A stretch of 38,928 bases of DNA. Origin: Octopus bimaculoides. Its lineage: Eukaryota. A program made the translations under genes and the position numbers. Every line of letters starts with the position of its first letter. The stretch's first letter is position 1. The stretch covers positions 41,539,284 to 41,578,211 of the forward strand of contig NC_068984.1 of the NCBI RefSeq assembly GCF_001194135.2, in the 5' to 3' direction. Below the pieces are notes generated by a model. That model saw only the letters and a program-made list of their open reading frames with translations, searched no databases and was not told where the DNA came from. Below, piece after piece: positions 1 through 38,928 of the stretch.

Positions 1-667
1 AGAAAGCTTTGTCGTGGGTTCTATCAGCATAGAAATTCCAATACGAATTGGGATGAAGTTGGAAAGTGAACTGGTTATAATAGGTTTGGGGACACGTACG
101 AGTCGAAGAGGAAGTGGGGGAAAGAAAGTAGTGATTCAGAGAGAGAGAGAGAGAAACAGGCAGCAGTACATCACGCTGGTCAAAGTCGTTGGGTTTTTAG
201 AAAAAAAGTTGAAAGAAACACAGCAGTGTTTAAACCGTGAGATTAAATGCTTAAATCGGTAACAGAAATGAGAGTTAAATCGTAATTTTTAAAGGGAGGA
301 GAGACAAATTTCAGACAGGTTTGGGCTAAGGAGCATAACTTCAAGAAAGTAAAACCCTCAGAATTTAAAAAAACCCACATTAATTTACTATAAAGGTTAG
401 AAAATTTATTAAAATAATGAATGAATTTGTCTGAAATGATATTTTAAATAATAACTTAATTTGTTCAAATCTTTGAAAATATGTGTGAATGTTATAGAGT
501 AACAAGTTAAACTGATGCCTTTTATTGATACCTTCTATCTGCTGGTCATGTCTATAAACAATAATCTGGTTGGATATAAGGAGTTGTTTTTAGCTCAAAG
601 CATGAAGGCGGTCCAGTCTTTAGCTGTGATCCCTCAAATCATAGATATTTATGAGAGATTTCATTGA

Positions 668-35473
<34,806 letters not shown>

Positions 35474-36264
35474 GTAAGTAAAAAACACAAACTCAATATT
35501 AATTGACTACCATTGAATTAATAACTTGCTTCAGCTGTAATTAATAATTACTGATTCTCTAAAAACCTGACTTTACTAATGTTATGTCACATCTGTTTCA
35601 GAACTAGTAAGGTGCATAACTCCTCTACCCTGATCTACCTGATATGTCTGTCTCTCTTCCTCTCATATCCTCAAAAATATATATAAGCAACAGAAGCAGT
35701 ATTAATACTGAGAGGTAATATTTATCCCCATTTAAACATGGATGTTCTGTTAGAACAAACTATACTGCAATAGATACTATGAGAGAAACTGTCATAGTGG
35801 CATTTGATGCAAAATGCACTCTTGTTTATATTACTAGTGGGGGTATAAATCCCCATCCTCTCCAGTATCATGCCCACCAGCTCACATGACTTCAACCTTC
35901 CTTGGTCTTATCAATGATGGATGCTTCCTTCCACAAGATCATGTATGAAACACATTTCCCCAATCAATCTTCTGCAATCTTCTAGAAATCTTAACTTGCC
36001 CATATTTTGGGGAAGCAGTCATTGACCTTCAGTTAAACTGAACATCAACTGCATCAATCTTCTTGGTCTGGGAGATCTGCAAATGTGATATACATTGCTT
36101 TTCTTTATCTGGTTAATCTATAAAAATAAATATTTCCCAATCTAGCATGGAACATGGGTGATAATTGATGATTTTTTAATTAGCTTCATTAATTTATTCC
36201 TTATCCCCCTCATCATTTAATGTCCACTTTTCCATTCTATCATGGATCACATTCGTTATTGTTT

Positions 36265-36620
36265 CATCATCATCATCACCACCACCACCATCATTTAACG
36301 TCCATTTTCCATGCTGGCATGGGTTGAACAGTTTGACAAGAGCTGGCAAGCTGGAGAGCTGCAACAGGCTCCAATTGTCTGCTTTGGCATGGTTCCAATG
36401 GCTGAATGTCCTTCCTAATGACAACCACTTCACAGAGTGTACTGGAAGCTTTTTACATGGCACCAGCACTTATGGGGTCACCAAGTAGCTTGAAAGACAA
36501 AGACCTCTCAGCTGAGAGAGGAAGTGGATCCAAGAGAAGTGGCCACGTGTCAGATGAGAGATTAGAGTATGATAGAGGGATAGATACCCTCTTACTATAG
36601 AGGAAATACTTGGCTACATC
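36265..36620 (-). mobile_element. Long copy of the (GAT)n-tailed repeat
   Basis: catcatttaacgtccattttccatgctggcatggg...ggggtcaccaagtagcttg, colinear with the 25949 copy. Confidence 0.72.
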
Positions 36621-36862
36621 AGTGGGTTGAGGAAGGAGAGGAAGGTGGGAGAGAGTCAGAGAGAGAGAGAGAGATAGGGAGAGATAGAGAGAGAGAGACA
36701 GTTAGTGTGTTCATAGCTTGCACGGAGTACACAGTATGGAATTTCTGCATATATATGTACATATATGTATGTATTCCGTATTCCCGAGCATCATACTAAT
36801 ACATCCTTTTGTTATTTACACCACCTGTCCTCGTCTGTTGTTGTTTTTTCGTACATTCTCCC

Positions 36863-36863
<1 letters not shown>

Positions 36864-36903
<40 letters not shown>

Positions 36904-37307
36904 NNNNNNNNNNNNNNNNNNNNNNNNNNNNNNNNNNNNNNNNNNNNNNNNNNNNNNNNNNNNNNNNNNNNNNNNNNNNNNNNNNNNNNNNNNNNNNNNN
37001 NNNNNNNNNNNNNNNNNNNNNNNNNNNNNNNNNNNNNNNNNNNNNNNNNNNNNNNNNNNNNNNNNNNNNNNNNNNNNNNNNNNNNNNNNNNNNNNNNNNN
37101 NNNNNNNNNNNNNNNNNNNNNNNNNNNNNNNNNNNNNNNNNNNNNNNNNNNNNNNNNNNNNNNNNNNNNNNNNNNNNNNNNNNNNNNNNNNNNNNNNNNN
37201 NNNNNNNNNNNNNNNNNNNNNNNNNNNNNNNNNNNNNNNNNNNNNNNNNNNNNNNNNNNNNNNNNNNNNNNNNNNNNNNNNNNNNNNNNNNNNNNNNNNN
37301 NNNTATG

Positions 37308-37389
<82 letters not shown>

Positions 37390-37465
37390 TATATGTATGT
37401 ATGTATATGTATATATGTATATAAATATATATGTATGTATATATGTATGCATATATATATATATA
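36864..37465. repeat. (TA)n/(TATG)n microsatellite spanning a 400-N gap (36904-37303)
   Basis: Direct reading. Confidence 0.95.
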
Positions 37466-38158
37466 GGCAAACAAAAGGTGCTGTGTACCGTGCATGTGTA
37501 TTGACATCGCTCCTCTACTCATGTGAGACATGGACTCTGTACAAACGTCAGGTAAGGGTCCTTGAACGCTTTCATCAGAGTTGTCTCAGGCACATTCTCA
37601 ATGTTGGCTGGACCTCAAAAATTACAGACACACAGATCCTGAGGACAGCTGATATCTTGAATATTGAGGCGATGGTGCACAAGCACTGGTTACGTTGGAC
37701 TAGACACCTTATTAGAATGAAGGATAGCAAGATTCCTAAGCAGATGATATATGGAGAACTTGTGAATGGAAGGAGACTCTGGCAGAAACCAAGGCTGCGC
37801 TTTAAGGACTGTGTCAAGTCCTCATTAAAGGTCTGTGATATGCAGGACACTGACTGGGAGAACAATGCCTGTCATCGCCACAGATGGAGGAGACAGATTA
37901 AGGAGGGGATCAACACTTTTGAGAGAGCACGTATCCAGTATAAAGAACTTAAGCGAGCTGCACGAAAGCACACAGCTCATATAGTGAATGGGGAAAGCTT
38001 GGTCTGCAATGTTTGCAGTCGTGTATGCTTGTCAAGAGCAGGGCTCATTAGTCACCAACGGAGCTGCAAATGCAAAATATAAGTTAGTCCTAGAGCGCAC
38101 AATGTTCCTGAAGGCCGGCAGTGATCTTCCTCGGTGACGAGTGGACGGCCATCATGAA
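37466..38158 (+). mobile_element. 5'-truncated RTE/BovB-like LINE 3' end with a stop-free ORF to 38082
   Basis: [59 protein letters not shown]; terminal CNVC..SH..SC zinc-finger-like motif; short 3' UTR, then (TA)n. Confidence 0.85.
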
Positions 38159-38622
38159 TATATATATATATAATAATGTAAATAATATATAAATACATGC
38201 ATATATCCATGCATATATGTACATACCTACAGCTATATGTATACATACATGCGTATATGAGTACAGGATACCACAAAAAATGTTAAACACAATGAGAAAT
38301 GAAAACATAAAGACGAAGACAGAAAACGAGCTATTTTTTGAACAACGAAAAAAACAAAGAAATGAGACATGCAACATAAAGAATATTTCCCTTCTTCAGT
38401 TGTCCCTGTTCCATCTACTCTGCATTTCGAAAAAATACAAAATGGGACATCAAAACATCCAGATAGACGTTTTTGTGTGTGTGTCTGTGTGCGTGTGTGT
38501 GTGCCTGTGTATTTGAAAGGTGTGTCAGTGGGAAGAGGAGGGAAGAGGAAGATTCTGTTTACAGTTTACAGTTGGTCAGTTCCTGTTGTGACAAGTTCAT
38601 TCTTGGCCTTAAAAAAAAAAGA

Positions 38623-38928
38623 GGAGGCAAAACCATACTTGCAAACTTCGATGTCACGAACCTATACACAAACATACCACACACCCTTGGTCTGGAAGCG
38701 ATAAAATACTGGGTAGAGAAATATAGGGAACTCATAGATAAACGTTTCAAAACAGACTTTATCACCAAAGCCACCCAATTAATACTTGAAGAGAACACAT
38801 TCTCATTTAACAACAAACCATACCGACAGATAAAGGGCACGGCGATGGGTACGAAATTCGCACCTTCATATGCCAACCTAGTGATGGGTTTCCTTGAGAA
38901 CAAGCTATACGATGAAATAGGGAACCCC
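38623..38928 (+). mobile_element. Penelope-like element reverse transcriptase, partial (runs off the window)
   Basis: Stop-free frame TILANFDVTNLYTNIPHTLGLEAI...NTFSFNNKPYRQIKGTAMGTKFAPSYANLVMG, with PLE RT motifs FDV..LYT.IP and Q..G.AMG. Only its antisense shadow appears in the ORF track. Confidence 0.88.

Noticed and set aside
14-262. 82-aa ORF at the window start
   Set aside because: No recognisable domain, includes a (GA)n run, no splice fit to cubilin; probably intronic repeat sequence
36718-38082. 454-aa ORF, plus overlapping 219-239 aa ORFs
   Set aside because: Inflated by read-through of 400 N and (TA)n; only 37466-38082 is real (RTE fragment)
38559-38903. 114-aa minus-strand ORF
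   Set aside because: Antisense shadow of the + strand Penelope-like RT

Overview
AT-rich animal genomic DNA from a draft assembly with 4 N-gaps. The SINE families resemble those I recognise from Octopus, so the taxon is an inference. The window is an internal part of one + strand gene, a cubilin (CUBN) orthologue. Twelve GT-AG exons (722-35473, 2117 nt) splice into one uninterrupted frame encoding 1.5 EGF repeats, CUB1-5 and half of CUB6. Neither gene end is in the window. The introns are dense with mobile DNA: several RTE LINE relics (one near full length), CR1/Jockey-like fragments, a complete 2.3-kb MULE with TIRs and TSD, a TG..CA solo-LTR-like insert nested in it, an internally deleted mariner, several SINE families, a possible Helitron end, a stop-free Penelope-like RT fragment and many microsatellites. 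The most unusual signal has three parts. A tRNA-headed SINE carries a Penelope-type minimal hammerhead ribozyme (14351-14550, -). A separate TSD-flanked, 5'-inverted 110-bp insertion (3232-3341) has an inverted part ending at the predicted hammerhead cleavage site. A candidate autonomous Penelope-like partner lies at the window end. All alignments and translations were done by eye; no searches were run.
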